NCBI GenBank assembly: GCA_965248695.1
Contig: CBDFKD010000002.1
Span: forward strand, 4,640,001 to 4,704,000
Length of the DNA: 64,000 nt
DNA from: Acidobacteriota bacterium
GTDB lineage: Bacteria > Acidobacteriota > UBA890 > WLXD01
Reading direction: 5' to 3'
A program made the position numbers and the translations under genes. Shown one piece after another: positions 30,721-39,887 of the stretch. Position 1 is the stretch's first letter, and each line of letters opens with the position of its first letter. Under the pieces are notes generated by a model, which had not been told where the DNA came from, ran no database searches, and worked only from the letters and a program-made list of their open reading frames with translations.

Positions 30721-32613
30721 ATGACGATACATAGCTCCGTGGGCTGTCTGGCGGTCACGTCTTTGTGTCTGTCCGGCCTGGTGCCGGGTGTCGGCGCCAA
30801 GGTGATCGATGCGACATCGAGCTTGTCGACCGCGGAACAGACGGATGGCGCCGAGATATTCTCCACCTCGTGCGCCGGTTGCCACAGCGCCGCCCAGAGC
30901 GGCCGCACGCCAGGGGCCTTCTCGCTCGCCCAGTTGTCACCGCGAGCGATCGTCGCGGCTCTCGAGGACGGCGTCATGCGCGCCGAGGGCGCCGAGCTGA
31001 CTGCCGAGCAGCGAGTGTTGGTGGCTGAGTTCCTCAGTCGCAGGCCGTACGCGACGGAATCGTTACCGGAGGCGGCGTTTTGCACCGATCGTGGGTTCGC
31101 ACCGCTCGATGTCGACGCCGTATCGTGGATGGGGTTTGGCGGCGACCCTGAAGGAACGGGGTTTCAGGCTGCCGAGCGCGCCGGCCTCGACGCGGCGGAC
31201 GTACCGCGCCTCGAGCTGCGATGGGCATTCGCGTTTCCCGATGTTGGCCAGGTGCGCACCAAGCCCACGGTCGCCGGCGAGATCGTCCTCGTCGGGGATC
31301 AACTCGGGGGCCTCTACGCCATCGAAGCAGCGACGGGGTGTGTCCGGTGGAGATTCGATGCCGACGCCGCCATCCGCGGCGCTGTTCTCTTGGACGAAGA
31401 CGCGGATGGCCGCTCGCTGGCCTACTTCGTCGATTTTCGCACCAGCGCCTATGCCCTCGATGTGGCCGCCGGGACGTTGGTCTGGAAGACCCGTGTCGGC
31501 TGGCATCCGGAGTCGAACAATACCGGCTCGCCGGCGCTGCACGACGGACGCCTGCTCATTCCGATCTCGACGATGGAGGTGGTTACCGCCGGCAATCCGG
31601 AATACGAGTGCTGCACGGCGTCCGGAGCCGTAGCTGCGCTCGATACGGCAACCGGCGATGTGCTCTGGTACCACCGCGTCATCCCCGACTATGCGGAAGA
31701 GGCGGGACGGAACGCCGCCGGCACCCAGCTCTACGCGCCGTCCGGTGCGCCGGTGTGGGCGAGTCCTACGCTCGACCTGGCCCGAGGGCTGGTGTACTTC
31801 GGCACCGGCGAGAACTACACGCATCCGAGTACCGACACCAGCGATGCCATTCTGGCCATCGACATGCAGACCGGCGAGGCGGCCTGGTCGTTTCAGGCTA
31901 CCGAAGCGGACGCTTTTACCATGGCCTGCATGACGGCGGAGAACCGCGACAACTGTCCGACGCCGATTGGTCCCGACCTCGACTTCGGCATGGCGCCCAT
32001 CCTGACGACGCGCAGCGACGGCAAGGAGATCCTCGTCGTGGGTCAGAAGTCAGGCGTAGTGTGGGCGCTCGATCCGGACGCCGATGGTGCGGTCCTGTGG
32101 TCAACGCGCGTCGGCAAGGGCGGCGCGCTCGGAGGCATTCATTGGGGGATGGCCACCGATGGACAGCTCGTGTACGCGGCCAACGCGGATCGGTCAGATG
32201 CCGTGATCGTAGACGTGAACCCTGATCGGCAACCCACGCCGGGCCTCTACGCCCTGGATCTGATGTCCGGCGACGTGGTGTGGAGCGCTGCTGCCCCGAC
32301 TGAAACTTGCGCTGGCAAACGAGGTTGTTTCGCGGCAAACTCGGCGGCTCCGACCGCGATCCCCGGGGTCGTGTTCGCCGGTGGCCTCGACGGGCACATC
32401 CGGGCGCACTCCACCCGGGACGGGAGCTTGATGTGGGATTTCGATACCGCACGGGCTTTCGAGACCGTCAACGGGGTGCCGGGACGCGGTGGCGCGATCG
32501 ATGGCCCGGGACCGGTCATCGCCGGTGGCCTCGTTTTCGTCAATAGCGGCTATGGCGCCTTCGGCCAGATGCCGGGGAATGTGTTGCTGGCGTTTGGCGT
32601 GCGCGGTGAATGA
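30721..32613 (+). CDS. Quinohemoprotein: cytochrome c plus PQQ beta-propeller dehydrogenase (polyvinyl-alcohol dehydrogenase family)
   Basis: CAGCH heme motif; LELRWAFAF, YECCT, SGAPVW, TGENY, GPDLDFG, GQKSG, GGIHWG, PGNVLLAF. Confidence 0.9.
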   Translation: MTIHSSVGCLAVTSLCLSGLVPGVGAKVIDATSSLSTAEQTDGAEIFSTSCAGCHSAAQSGRTPGAFSLAQLSPRAIVAALEDGVMRAEGAELTAEQRVLVAEFLSRRPYATESLPEAAFCTDRGFAPLDVDAVSWMGFGGDPEGTGFQAAERAGLDAADVPRLELRWAFAFPDVGQVRTKPTVAGEIVLVGDQLGGLYAIEAATGCVRWRFDADAAIRGAVLLDEDADGRSLAYFVDFRTSAYALDVAAGTLVWKTRVGWHPESNNTGSPALHDGRLLIPISTMEVVTAGNPEYECCTASGAVAALDTATGDVLWYHRVIPDYAEEAGRNAAGTQLYAPSGAPVWASPTLDLARGLVYFGTGENYTHPSTDTSDAILAIDMQTGEAAWSFQATEADAFTMACMTAENRDNCPTPIGPDLDFGMAPILTTRSDGKEILVVGQKSGVVWALDPDADGAVLWSTRVGKGGALGGIHWGMATDGQLVYAANADRSDAVIVDVNPDRQPTPGLYALDLMSGDVVWSAAAPTETCAGKRGCFAANSAAPTAIPGVVFAGGLDGHIRAHSTRDGSLMWDFDTARAFETVNGVPGRGGAIDGPGPVIAGGLVFVNSGYGAFGQMPGNVLLAFGVRGE

Positions 32614-32670
32614 CGGGTACCGTTGAACGCCAAGCGTAAGGGCTTGATTGAACTGGAAGGGGATTACTTG

Positions 32671-33543
32671 ATGCCGAGCCGCTTCAGATCACCACTACGT
32701 GTCCTCGGGAACGGGTTGGTTGGCGCGTTGATCGTCGCTGCCATCCTGTCCGACTACGGCTGCGCCGCTCAGCCCACCGACATTCCCAGAACCGCCGCGG
32801 GCAAGCCCGACATGAACGGGATATGGCAGGCGCTGGGCAACGCGCACTGGGACATCGAGCCGCATCTGGCCCGGCCGGCGCTGGCCATGCAGCCAGGTCC
32901 CGTGGTGCCAGTGCCGGCGGCAGAGGTGCTGGCACTGGGTGCGGTCGGATCCGTGCCCTCGGGCCAGGGTGTCGTCGTCGGGGGTGAGATTCCCTACCTG
33001 CCGGAGGCACTCGCGGTGCGCGATGAGAATCGCGAACACTGGGTCGACCGTGACCCCGAGATCAAGTGCTACTTACCGGGCGTGCCGCGCGGCAACTACA
33101 TGCAGCACGGGTTTCAGGTGTTCCAGAGCGAGAGCAAATTCTTCATGGCCTACGAGTACGCCGGGGCCGTTCGCGACGTCTACTTCGAAGACCCGGGCCC
33201 GGCGCAGATCGATTCCTGGATGGGTCAGTCCGTCGGTCACTGGGAAGATGATGTGCTCGTCGTCGAGGTCACGGGTCTGATAGACCAGACGTGGTTCGAC
33301 CGGTCGGGCAACCACCACGGCGCTGCGATGACGGTCACCGAGCGGTACGAGATGGTGAGCCCGGACCACATCTGGTACGAGGCCACGATCGACGATCCGG
33401 AGACCTTCTCGCGCCCGTGGACGATCCGACTGCCGCTGTATCGCAACATCGATCCGGACGCCCGCCTCGGTCAGTTCAAGTGTGTGGAGTTCGTCGAGGA
33501 ACTACTGTACGGGCATCTCCGCAAGAACCCGATCAGCCAGTAG
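32671..33543 (+). CDS. Conserved exported hypothetical protein (PDxxGxW...GHWExDxLVV family)
   Basis: Lipoprotein-like N-terminus; GKPDMNGIW, KCYLPG, GQSVGHWEDDVLVV, IDDP, FKCVE. Confidence 0.75.
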   Translation: MPSRFRSPLRVLGNGLVGALIVAAILSDYGCAAQPTDIPRTAAGKPDMNGIWQALGNAHWDIEPHLARPALAMQPGPVVPVPAAEVLALGAVGSVPSGQGVVVGGEIPYLPEALAVRDENREHWVDRDPEIKCYLPGVPRGNYMQHGFQVFQSESKFFMAYEYAGAVRDVYFEDPGPAQIDSWMGQSVGHWEDDVLVVEVTGLIDQTWFDRSGNHHGAAMTVTERYEMVSPDHIWYEATIDDPETFSRPWTIRLPLYRNIDPDARLGQFKCVEFVEELLYGHLRKNPISQ

Positions 33544-33552
33544 GGGAGAGCG

Positions 33553-34689
33553 ATGAGACTCCTGAATCGAAGCGTGATCGTCGCGCTCGGCTGTACCGCG
33601 CTGGCCGTGGGCCTGGCGTCGCCGGCGCTGACACAAACCGAGGACGCAACTAGCGAGGCGTGGGTCTTGCCTCGCACTGTGGACGGCCATCCGGACCTGC
33701 AGGGCAACTGGTCCAACGCGACGATGACGCTGATCGAGCGCCCGCCCGGATACGAGCAGGTGCTGACGCCTGATCAGGTCGCGGCGCTCGAGGGGGATCG
33801 AGAGGAGCTCATCCAGGTGCACCTGGCCGACAGCGACCCCGACCGCGAGGCACCGCTGGCAGGAGGGGTCACCTGGTCCGAGGGTGTCAGCAACGAGGCC
33901 TCTTCGACGTACGACCACAGGACGGAGGTCCTGGATCGCGCATCCGGGGATACGGGCGGCTACAACATCTTCTACATCGACCCGGGCGATCACATGGCGA
34001 TCTGGAACGGCGAGGCACGAAGCTCGCTGATCGTCGACCCTCCCGACGGTCGGATCCCGCCGTTGAGTCCGGAAGGGGAGAAGGCGCGCGGCGAGCTGAT
34101 GGCGCACCGGGCGCAGTTCGGCGAGTTCGACAACCCCGAGAATCGGCCGCTCGCCGAGCGTTGCCTGCTGTCGTTCGGCTCCAACGCCGGTCCGCCGATG
34201 GTGCCCAACTACTTCTACAACAACAACTACACCATCGTGCAAACGGCCGATCACGTGATGATCATGACCGAGATGGTGCACGACGCGCGCATCATCAGGC
34301 TGGGTGAGCGCAAGCCGCTGCCGGCGCACATCCGCCCGTGGCTGGGCGACTCCTGGGGCCACTGGGAGGGCGACACACTGGTGGTGGAGACAACGAATTT
34401 GCCGCGCAAACAGCTCAACGCCAACACTAACTTTGCCGGCGGCTCGGACGACTTTACGGTTACCGAGCGTTTCACGCGTGTCGACGAGGAGACCATCAAC
34501 TACGAGTTCACGGTGGAGGATCCGGGGTTGTACAGCAGCGCATGGACGGCGCAAATACCGTTTAAGGCATTGCCGGATATGGTTTATGAATACGCCTGCC
34601 ACGAAGGCAACTACGCGATGTCCAACGTGCTGAGCGGCGGGCGGGCGCAGGAGCGGGAGTCCGGGGACGCGGGAGGAGATTCGAGATGA
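33553..34689 (+). CDS. Conserved exported hypothetical protein, paralog of upstream gene
   Basis: Signal peptide; GHPDLQGNW, ERCL, GDSWGHWEGDTLVVETTN, VEDP, YEYACHEGN. Confidence 0.78.
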   Translation: MRLLNRSVIVALGCTALAVGLASPALTQTEDATSEAWVLPRTVDGHPDLQGNWSNATMTLIERPPGYEQVLTPDQVAALEGDREELIQVHLADSDPDREAPLAGGVTWSEGVSNEASSTYDHRTEVLDRASGDTGGYNIFYIDPGDHMAIWNGEARSSLIVDPPDGRIPPLSPEGEKARGELMAHRAQFGEFDNPENRPLAERCLLSFGSNAGPPMVPNYFYNNNYTIVQTADHVMIMTEMVHDARIIRLGERKPLPAHIRPWLGDSWGHWEGDTLVVETTNLPRKQLNANTNFAGGSDDFTVTERFTRVDEETINYEFTVEDPGLYSSAWTAQIPFKALPDMVYEYACHEGNYAMSNVLSGGRAQERESGDAGGDSR

Positions 34690-35147
34690 TCACGAAACGA
34701 GTGCAATTGACGCTGGTCGGGGGCATCGCCACCCTCGCTGTTGTCGCCTATGCAGCGCCGCTGCTGGCGCACCATGCATTTGGCGCTGAGTTCGACCGTG
34801 ATGCCCCTCTCCGGTTGGAAGGCAAGATCGTGAAGCTCGAATGGGTGAATCCGCATTCGTGGATCCACCTGGAGGTCATCGGTGAGGACGGCGCCGGCGT
34901 GGTGTGGATGGTCGAGGGCGGCACCCCGAACGTGCTTCTGCGTCGAGGTCTTCGGCGCGATTGCCTGACGCCGGGCACCGAGATCATCGTCGATGGCTAT
35001 CAGGCCAAGGACCACGCGCTCAAGCGCGCCAACGGGCGCGATGTGACCTTCACCGACGGCACCAAGATCTTCATGGGCTCCTCGGGCACCGGCGCCCCCG
35101 ACGATGCCGAGCGCCTGCGACAGCGGCAAGCTCGCGGGAGATGCTAG
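34686..35147 (+). CDS. DUF6152-like exported protein
   Basis: Signal peptide ending LLA followed by HHAFGAEFD; WVNPHSW; ATGA overlap. Confidence 0.75.
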   Translation: MITKRVQLTLVGGIATLAVVAYAAPLLAHHAFGAEFDRDAPLRLEGKIVKLEWVNPHSWIHLEVIGEDGAGVVWMVEGGTPNVLLRRGLRRDCLTPGTEIIVDGYQAKDHALKRANGRDVTFTDGTKIFMGSSGTGAPDDAERLRQRQARGRC

Positions 35148-35196
35148 CCCCGGCGTCGGGTAGGAGTTCTCCGGATCGGCCGCGGGGCCGCGATCG

Positions 35197-35670
35197 CTAG
35201 CCGGAGTACCCGATCCAGCGGCCGGCGGCGGCGACGGTGAACCAGAGCGCGATCGAGGCGACGCCGACGAGTCGCGTTCGCGTCGAAGCGTCGAGCCCGC
35301 CGGCGGCGGCGACACGCGCACGGACGGTAAAGCTGAACAGCAGGGCGACCGGCAGGGTCTCGATCTTCAGCCAGAACGCGTCGTTGTAGTAGCACTTGAT
35401 GGGCTCCGACAGGAACAGCAGCAATCCGGTCGTGCCCATCACCGCGAGGGCGCCGAGAAGCCACGGACGCATCTGACCGGCGAGCTCGGCAATCGTCTGC
35501 CGCTTGAGGCCCAATCCCAGCAACCGCAAGTCGACCACCAGCAGCGCACCCCCGAGCGCCGACAGCCCGAGCAGATGCACCGCCTCGATGATGGGGAACA
35601 GCCACAGGGAGTTGCGGACGGCAGTGCCCAGCGCGGTGGCATCGCACCACTCGAACAGCGGCAGCAGCAT
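35197..35670 (-). CDS. DUF6644-like 4-TM membrane protein
   Basis: FPIIEAVHLLG, DLRLLG, TGLLLF, YYNDAFWLK, GRWIGY. Confidence 0.75.
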   Translation of the reverse strand: MLLPLFEWCDATALGTAVRNSLWLFPIIEAVHLLGLSALGGALLVVDLRLLGLGLKRQTIAELAGQMRPWLLGALAVMGTTGLLLFLSEPIKCYYNDAFWLKIETLPVALLFSFTVRARVAAAGGLDASTRTRLVGVASIALWFTVAAAGRWIGYSG

Positions 35671-35733
35671 GACGTTACGGCCTCAACGTGTGCAGACGGC
35701 GCAGCTTCGTGGCTCCGGACAATCGATGCGTCG

Positions 35734-36288
35734 TCAAGGCTGGATCACGCACCCGGCTGCCCAGTTGATCCAGTCGGGCTGCGGCTGGATGCTGCAGTCG
35801 AACCAGTTATAGGCGATCAATCGGCCGGTGACCACGATCAGCGCCCAGGCGACCAGCGACACGCCGCCGGCGATCCGTGCTTCAAGGGGCGGCAACGCAT
35901 CAGAGCCCCACTGTGCGACGCGCCGATGCGTGCCGCGATGAAACACGAATGCGTTGAGGCCTGCCACGATCAACAGCAGCACCTTCACGCGGAAGAAGAT
36001 GTTCTGGTAGTAGCGCACCGGGTTGGAGTAGAAAATCAGCAGTCCGCTGATCACCATCACCGCGAAGCCCAGTCGCGTCCACGGCAACAAACGACCGGTG
36101 ACCTCGGACACGGGAACGCCTCGCATGGTCCAACCGAGCAGTCGGAGATCGTTGACCGCCGCGGTGCCGACGAACAAACCCAGGCCGAGGACGTGGGTTG
36201 TTTCCATGAGCGGCCATACATAGAGCGATTCCAGGAGCGCCACGCTCCAGGACGTGCTCGCCAGCCACTCCAGGAAGCTCAGAATCAC
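35734..36288 (-). CDS. DUF6644-like 4-TM membrane protein
   Basis: WPLMETTHVLG, DLRLLG, SGLLIF, YYQNIFFRVK, GRLIAY. Confidence 0.75.
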   Translation of the reverse strand: MILSFLEWLASTSWSVALLESLYVWPLMETTHVLGLGLFVGTAAVNDLRLLGWTMRGVPVSEVTGRLLPWTRLGFAVMVISGLLIFYSNPVRYYQNIFFRVKVLLLIVAGLNAFVFHRGTHRRVAQWGSDALPPLEARIAGGVSLVAWALIVVTGRLIAYNWFDCSIQPQPDWINWAAGCVIQP

Positions 36289-36305
36289 GTGATGCCTGTC
36301 GGTGT

Positions 36306-36776
36306 CTATCTGGAGCGTGTATCGCTCGGCCGGAGAGTGTCGAGCGCATACGACGCATGGCAGCCAGAGCAGGTGAAGTAGACCTCGGCCCCGGCATCGA
36401 ACACGGCTGCCGTATCCTCAGCCTGCGCCGCGTCGAACGCCACCTGGCCAGCGTCGGTCATTGCCTGCGACCAGCTCATCCAGTCTTCCTCATCGACAGC
36501 GCGGTTCTCGCTCATCAACAGGTTGCCGGACTCACGAATGATGATGGCCGCGTTGCGCACCGCCTCCCATTCTTCAGGCGTGCTGGGCGCGATCTCCTCG
36601 ATACCGTTCATATCGATGATCGTTCCCACCGCGTCCCAGTAGACCTCCGCCGCCGGTTCCACGGTGGCGCCCATCATCTGCTTGACGTTGGCCATGCGCG
36701 CCTCGGGCGTCGTATCGGCGGCGCACGCGGCGACCAGCGCAGCCATGGCGCAGACGGGCAGACGCGCTGCTCTCAT
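36306..36776 (-). CDS. Lipoprotein with C-terminal heme-c motif (cytochrome c'-like)
   Basis: Lipobox VAAC; helical body; CSGCH near C-terminus. Confidence 0.7.
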   Translation of the reverse strand: MRAARLPVCAMAALVAACAADTTPEARMANVKQMMGATVEPAAEVYWDAVGTIIDMNGIEEIAPSTPEEWEAVRNAAIIIRESGNLLMSENRAVDEEDWMSWSQAMTDAGQVAFDAAQAEDTAAVFDAGAEVYFTCSGCHASYALDTLRPSDTRSR

Positions 36777-36854
36777 TGCGAGCTCCGGCTTGGTTCGTCG
36801 GGTTCGTAGCGAGACAGTGTAGACGATCGCCGACGAGCGCCTCGGGCGCCGCGT

Positions 36855-36947
36855 TCAATCGACTCTCAGCGCGTCCACCGGGTCGACCCGAGTCGCGCGT
36901 CGCGCCGGCATGAAGCTGGCCGCTAACACCGCGATCACGATGACGAC
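36855..36947 (-). pseudogene. 3' remnant of FtsX/MacB (ADOP-like) ABC permease truncated at the IS3 end
   Basis: Translates VVIVIAVLAASFMPARRATRVDPVDALRVD*, a typical permease C-terminus; abuts the IS at 36948. Confidence 0.75.
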
Positions 36948-37013
36948 TGACCTGACCCCCGAAAACGGATCCGGATGTAATCTCACGATCTGGGTCAAGA
37001 ACGGGAGGTCAGA

Positions 37014-37292
37014 ATGCCGAGTAAGAGGCACAGCGCCGAGCAGATCGTACGCAAGCTCCGGGAGGCTGAGGTGGAGCTGGCTCGAGGGGCGACGGTCAAG
37101 GATGCCTGCCGCAAGCTAGCAATCACCGAGCACACCTACTACCGGTGGCGGCGAGAGTACGGCGGACTGAAGCTCAACCAGGCCAGAAAGCTCAAGCAAC
37201 TGGAGAAGGAGAATGCCCGGCTCAAGAGGCTGGTGGCGGAAAAGGAACTCGACCTGTCGATCCTGAAGGAAGTGGCGGAGGGAAACTTCTGA
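37014..37292 (+). CDS. IS3 transposase OrfA
   Basis: HTH region EQIVRKLRE...TYYRWR; leucine zipper LKQLEKENARLKRL. Confidence 0.93.
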   Translation: MPSKRHSAEQIVRKLREAEVELARGATVKDACRKLAITEHTYYRWRREYGGLKLNQARKLKQLEKENARLKRLVAEKELDLSILKEVAEGNF

Positions 37293-38173
37293 GCCCAGCT
37301 CGGCGGCGAGAGGCGGTGGCACATGTACGGGGGCGGCTGGGCGTCTCGGAGAGGCGGGCGTGTCGGGTACTGAAACAACCACGCACGACACACCGGTACG
37401 TGCCAAGAGAGCCGCAACAGGAGCAGATTTTGACGGAGCGGATCGTGGATTTAGCCCGACAGTACGGGCGCTACGGATATCGGAGGGTGACAGCGTTGCT
37501 GCGCATGGAGGGCTGGTCCGTGAACCACAAACGAGTGCAGCGTATCTGGCGGCGCGAAGGGCTGAAAGTACCGAGAAAACAGCCCAAACGAGCACGGCTG
37601 TGGCTGAGCGATGGCTCCTGCATCCGGCTGCGCCCACAGCACCGGGATCATGTCTGGGCGTATGACTTCCTGCACCACCGGACGCACGACGGTCGGGCTA
37701 TGAGGCTGCTGACGATCGTCGATGAGTACACACGAGAAAGCCTGGCGATCCATGTAGCACGGAAGCTCAACTCTGAGGACGTGCTGGAGCAGCTCGGGAG
37801 GTTGTTCGTACACCGGGGCATACCTGAGCACATCCGGTCGGATAACGGACCAGAGTTCACCGCCGAGGCGGTTCGCGACTGGCTGGGCCGGTTGGGCGTG
37901 GGGACGCTGTTCATCGAGCCGGGCTCGCCGTGGGAGAACGGTTACGTGGAGAGCTTCAACGGCAAGCTACGCGACGAGCTGCTGGATGGAGAGATCTTCT
38001 ACACGCTCAAGGAGGCAAAGGTTCTGATCGAGAGATGGCGTCAGCACTACAACCGCATGCGACCGCACAGCTCGCTGAGCTATCGGCCGCCCGCACCCGA
38101 AGCGACGTTGTTGAAGCCGGCTGCGCTCCGCTTCGCCGGCCTCAACAACCTCTTGTCAGCACCGAGTTACTGA
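37280..38173 (+). CDS. IS3 transposase OrfB (DDE), probably expressed by -1 frameshift at GGGAAAC
   Basis: YGYRR, WAYDF, SDNGPEF, ESFNGKLRDE, YNRMRPHSSL; slippery GGGAAAC at 37280-37286. Confidence 0.92.
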   Translation, partial: GKLLSPARRREAVAHVRGRLGVSERRACRVLKQPRTTHRYVPREPQQEQILTERIVDLARQYGRYGYRRVTALLRMEGWSVNHKRVQRIWRREGLKVPRKQPKRARLWLSDGSCIRLRPQHRDHVWAYDFLHHRTHDGRAMRLLTIVDEYTRESLAIHVARKLNSEDVLEQLGRLFVHRGIPEHIRSDNGPEFTAEAVRDWLGRLGVGTLFIEPGSPWENGYVESFNGKLRDELLDGEIFYTLKEAKVLIERWRQHYNRMRPHSSLSYRPPAPEATLLKPAALRFAGLNNLLSAPSY

Positions 38174-38306
38174 GATAAGACATGGTACTAACCGCGGGGT
38201 CAGGTCACTGGCACCACCCTTTTCACGACGAGTTCGCCGGACGAATCGCGCAAGTACTCCAAATCGCCTGCTTGCTGAAACTGTCGCAAACCGAAGGGTG
38301 CAACCA

Positions 38307-38404
38307 GAAGGTGTGTCCGTGGGGTCGACCCTTGCGGACTTCAAATCCGTTGGGGGGCGCCGGAAGGCGTCCTCGCTGGGTTCGATTCCCAGGCGCTTCC
38401 GCCA
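38307..38404 (+). tRNA. selC: tRNA-Sec(TCA)-like gene with canonical 3' part and aberrant 5' part (divergent selC or att remnant)
   Basis: GCGGA-CT-TCA-AA-TCCGT anticodon arm, 9-bp variable arm with GGAA loop, CTGGG-TTCGATT-CCCAG, 3' GCGCTTCC-G-CCA; D-arm does not fold canonically. Confidence 0.65.
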
Positions 38405-38733
38405 TTCTTTTCTCCCGTGTTGTCAGTAGTTTACGAGATCGCTCGGTGAAGGCGGGATGGGCGAGGTCTACCGAGCACGCGACACGACGCTGGATCGTGA
38501 TGTCGCGATCAGTTCAAAGGCTGTGGTCGAACGACTTCCCCACTATTTCGAGTACTAGGATGATCGCCGAACGACAAGACGCAACGTTCCGATGCTGCCC
38601 ATGCGGATTGCAGCGTCGTTGCTCATGCTAGCTTAGGCAGTGAGGATGATGGCGGGCACGGGCGGGTCGGAAAGGGCTCCCAGGGAGATGGCGAACCCGC
38701 AGACATCGCGTCCCTCGCTGCATAGGATCCACT

Positions 38734-39564
38734 GTGACCGACTTGATCCACTGCGACTCCGAGACATGCGATCTGCGCGACGACAGGTACACATGGATCC
38801 CGGCGAGTCGATTCTCGATTGCGCAGGGGCTGTCGGACGAGCAGAGACGGCTGTGGAGCGAGTGGGAGCATCTCCATCCGGACCATTACCTCAAGAGCGG
38901 CGCGAGCTTCCGGATGCGGCGTATGGGTTACTTCGAGCTGACGCCCGCCACCGGGGGGCTTCGCTCTCTGAGCCAGGCTGTTTACTACCAGTCCTCTGAC
39001 GTCAACCGATACGCCGGCGGGATCGATCGATCGTTCGCTCCCCTAAGGGACTCGACCATCGCCAACCCGTTTCTCCGGGAGCTCATCCGGTTCGACTTCA
39101 GCCAGTTCCCGGTCGAAGGCTGGAAGGCCGTCAGTACGTGGACCGTCGATGTGCATATGTTCCGGATCATCGGGCAGCCGGACGAAGCCGGCGAGCCGAC
39201 GCCGGAAGGCGTCCACCACGATGGAGATGAGTTCAACGCGGTCCACCTCATCCAGCGGCAGAACGTGGTAGGTGGCGTCAGCGGCGTCTACGACAACGAC
39301 CGGTGTCTGCTTGAGAGCCTCACCCTCCAGGAGCCCATGGACTCGCTACTCCTGTGGGATCCGTACGTGATGCACGGCGTGTCGCCGATCAGACCCAAGG
39401 TGTCTGGGCAACCCGCGATCCGCGACGTCCTGGTCATCGGTTACAACCCGGACCGGTGCGTGGCCTTCTCGGAGGCCGAGGCGGGAGCCCGAGCCGACAT
39501 TACGCACGAGCGAGGTCGAAGTTCTCTGGGCCAGCATGCATCACCAACTGGTTCGACGAGCTGA
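38734..39564 (+). CDS. 2OG-Fe(II) dioxygenase (BsmA/L-isoleucine-4-hydroxylase-like family)
   Basis: YYQSSDVN..AGGIDRSF, PTPEGVHHDG, MHGVSPI, RDVLVI. Confidence 0.88.
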   Translation: MTDLIHCDSETCDLRDDRYTWIPASRFSIAQGLSDEQRRLWSEWEHLHPDHYLKSGASFRMRRMGYFELTPATGGLRSLSQAVYYQSSDVNRYAGGIDRSFAPLRDSTIANPFLRELIRFDFSQFPVEGWKAVSTWTVDVHMFRIIGQPDEAGEPTPEGVHHDGDEFNAVHLIQRQNVVGGVSGVYDNDRCLLESLTLQEPMDSLLLWDPYVMHGVSPIRPKVSGQPAIRDVLVIGYNPDRCVAFSEAEAGARADITHERGRSSLGQHASPTGSTS

Positions 39565-39590
39565 AGCGGCTCGTGCCGACGGACCCGTAG
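39540..39590 (+). pseudogene. Possible C-terminal remnant of a kinase/TolB-like beta-propeller gene
   Basis: Translates ITNWFDELKRLVPTDP*, resembling the NWFxELKRLVP ending of such proteins. Confidence 0.45.
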
Positions 39591-39731
39591 CGCCCCCAGT
39601 CGCTGCTCTGCGCCTACTTGCGCCTGCTCCCGTTGTATTGGCTGTGCGATTCGGCAAGGATCGGTGATCGCAGGACGCAGTCGAATATTAGTTAGGCAGG
39701 CGGGAACACGGATGCGCACCAGCACACATTC

Positions 39732-39882
39732 TGACCTGACCCCCGAAAACGGATCCGGATGTAATCTCACGATCTGGGTCAAGAACGGGAGGTCAGAATG
39801 CCGAGTAAGAGGCACAGCGCCGAGCAGATCGTACGCAAGCTCCGGGAGGCTGAGGTGGAGCTGGCTCGAGGGGCGACGGTCA
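39732..39882 (+). mobile_element. Truncated second copy of the IS3 element (left end plus start of orfA)
   Basis: 151 bp matching 36948-37098, then abrupt divergence. Confidence 0.92.
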
Positions 39883-39887
39883 GCGGT

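Larger units (their letters stand above)
36948..38207 (+). mobile_element. IS3-family insertion sequence (1260 bp)
   Basis: Ends TGACCTGACCCC (36948) and GGGGTCAGGTCA (38207); orfA/orfB organisation; no target duplication evident. Confidence 0.95.

Noticed and set aside
38405-39731. Selenoprotein gene next to the tRNA-Sec-like sequence
   Set aside because: I saw no in-frame TGA at a conserved Cys position or a convincing SECIS in neighbouring ORFs (inspection by eye only).
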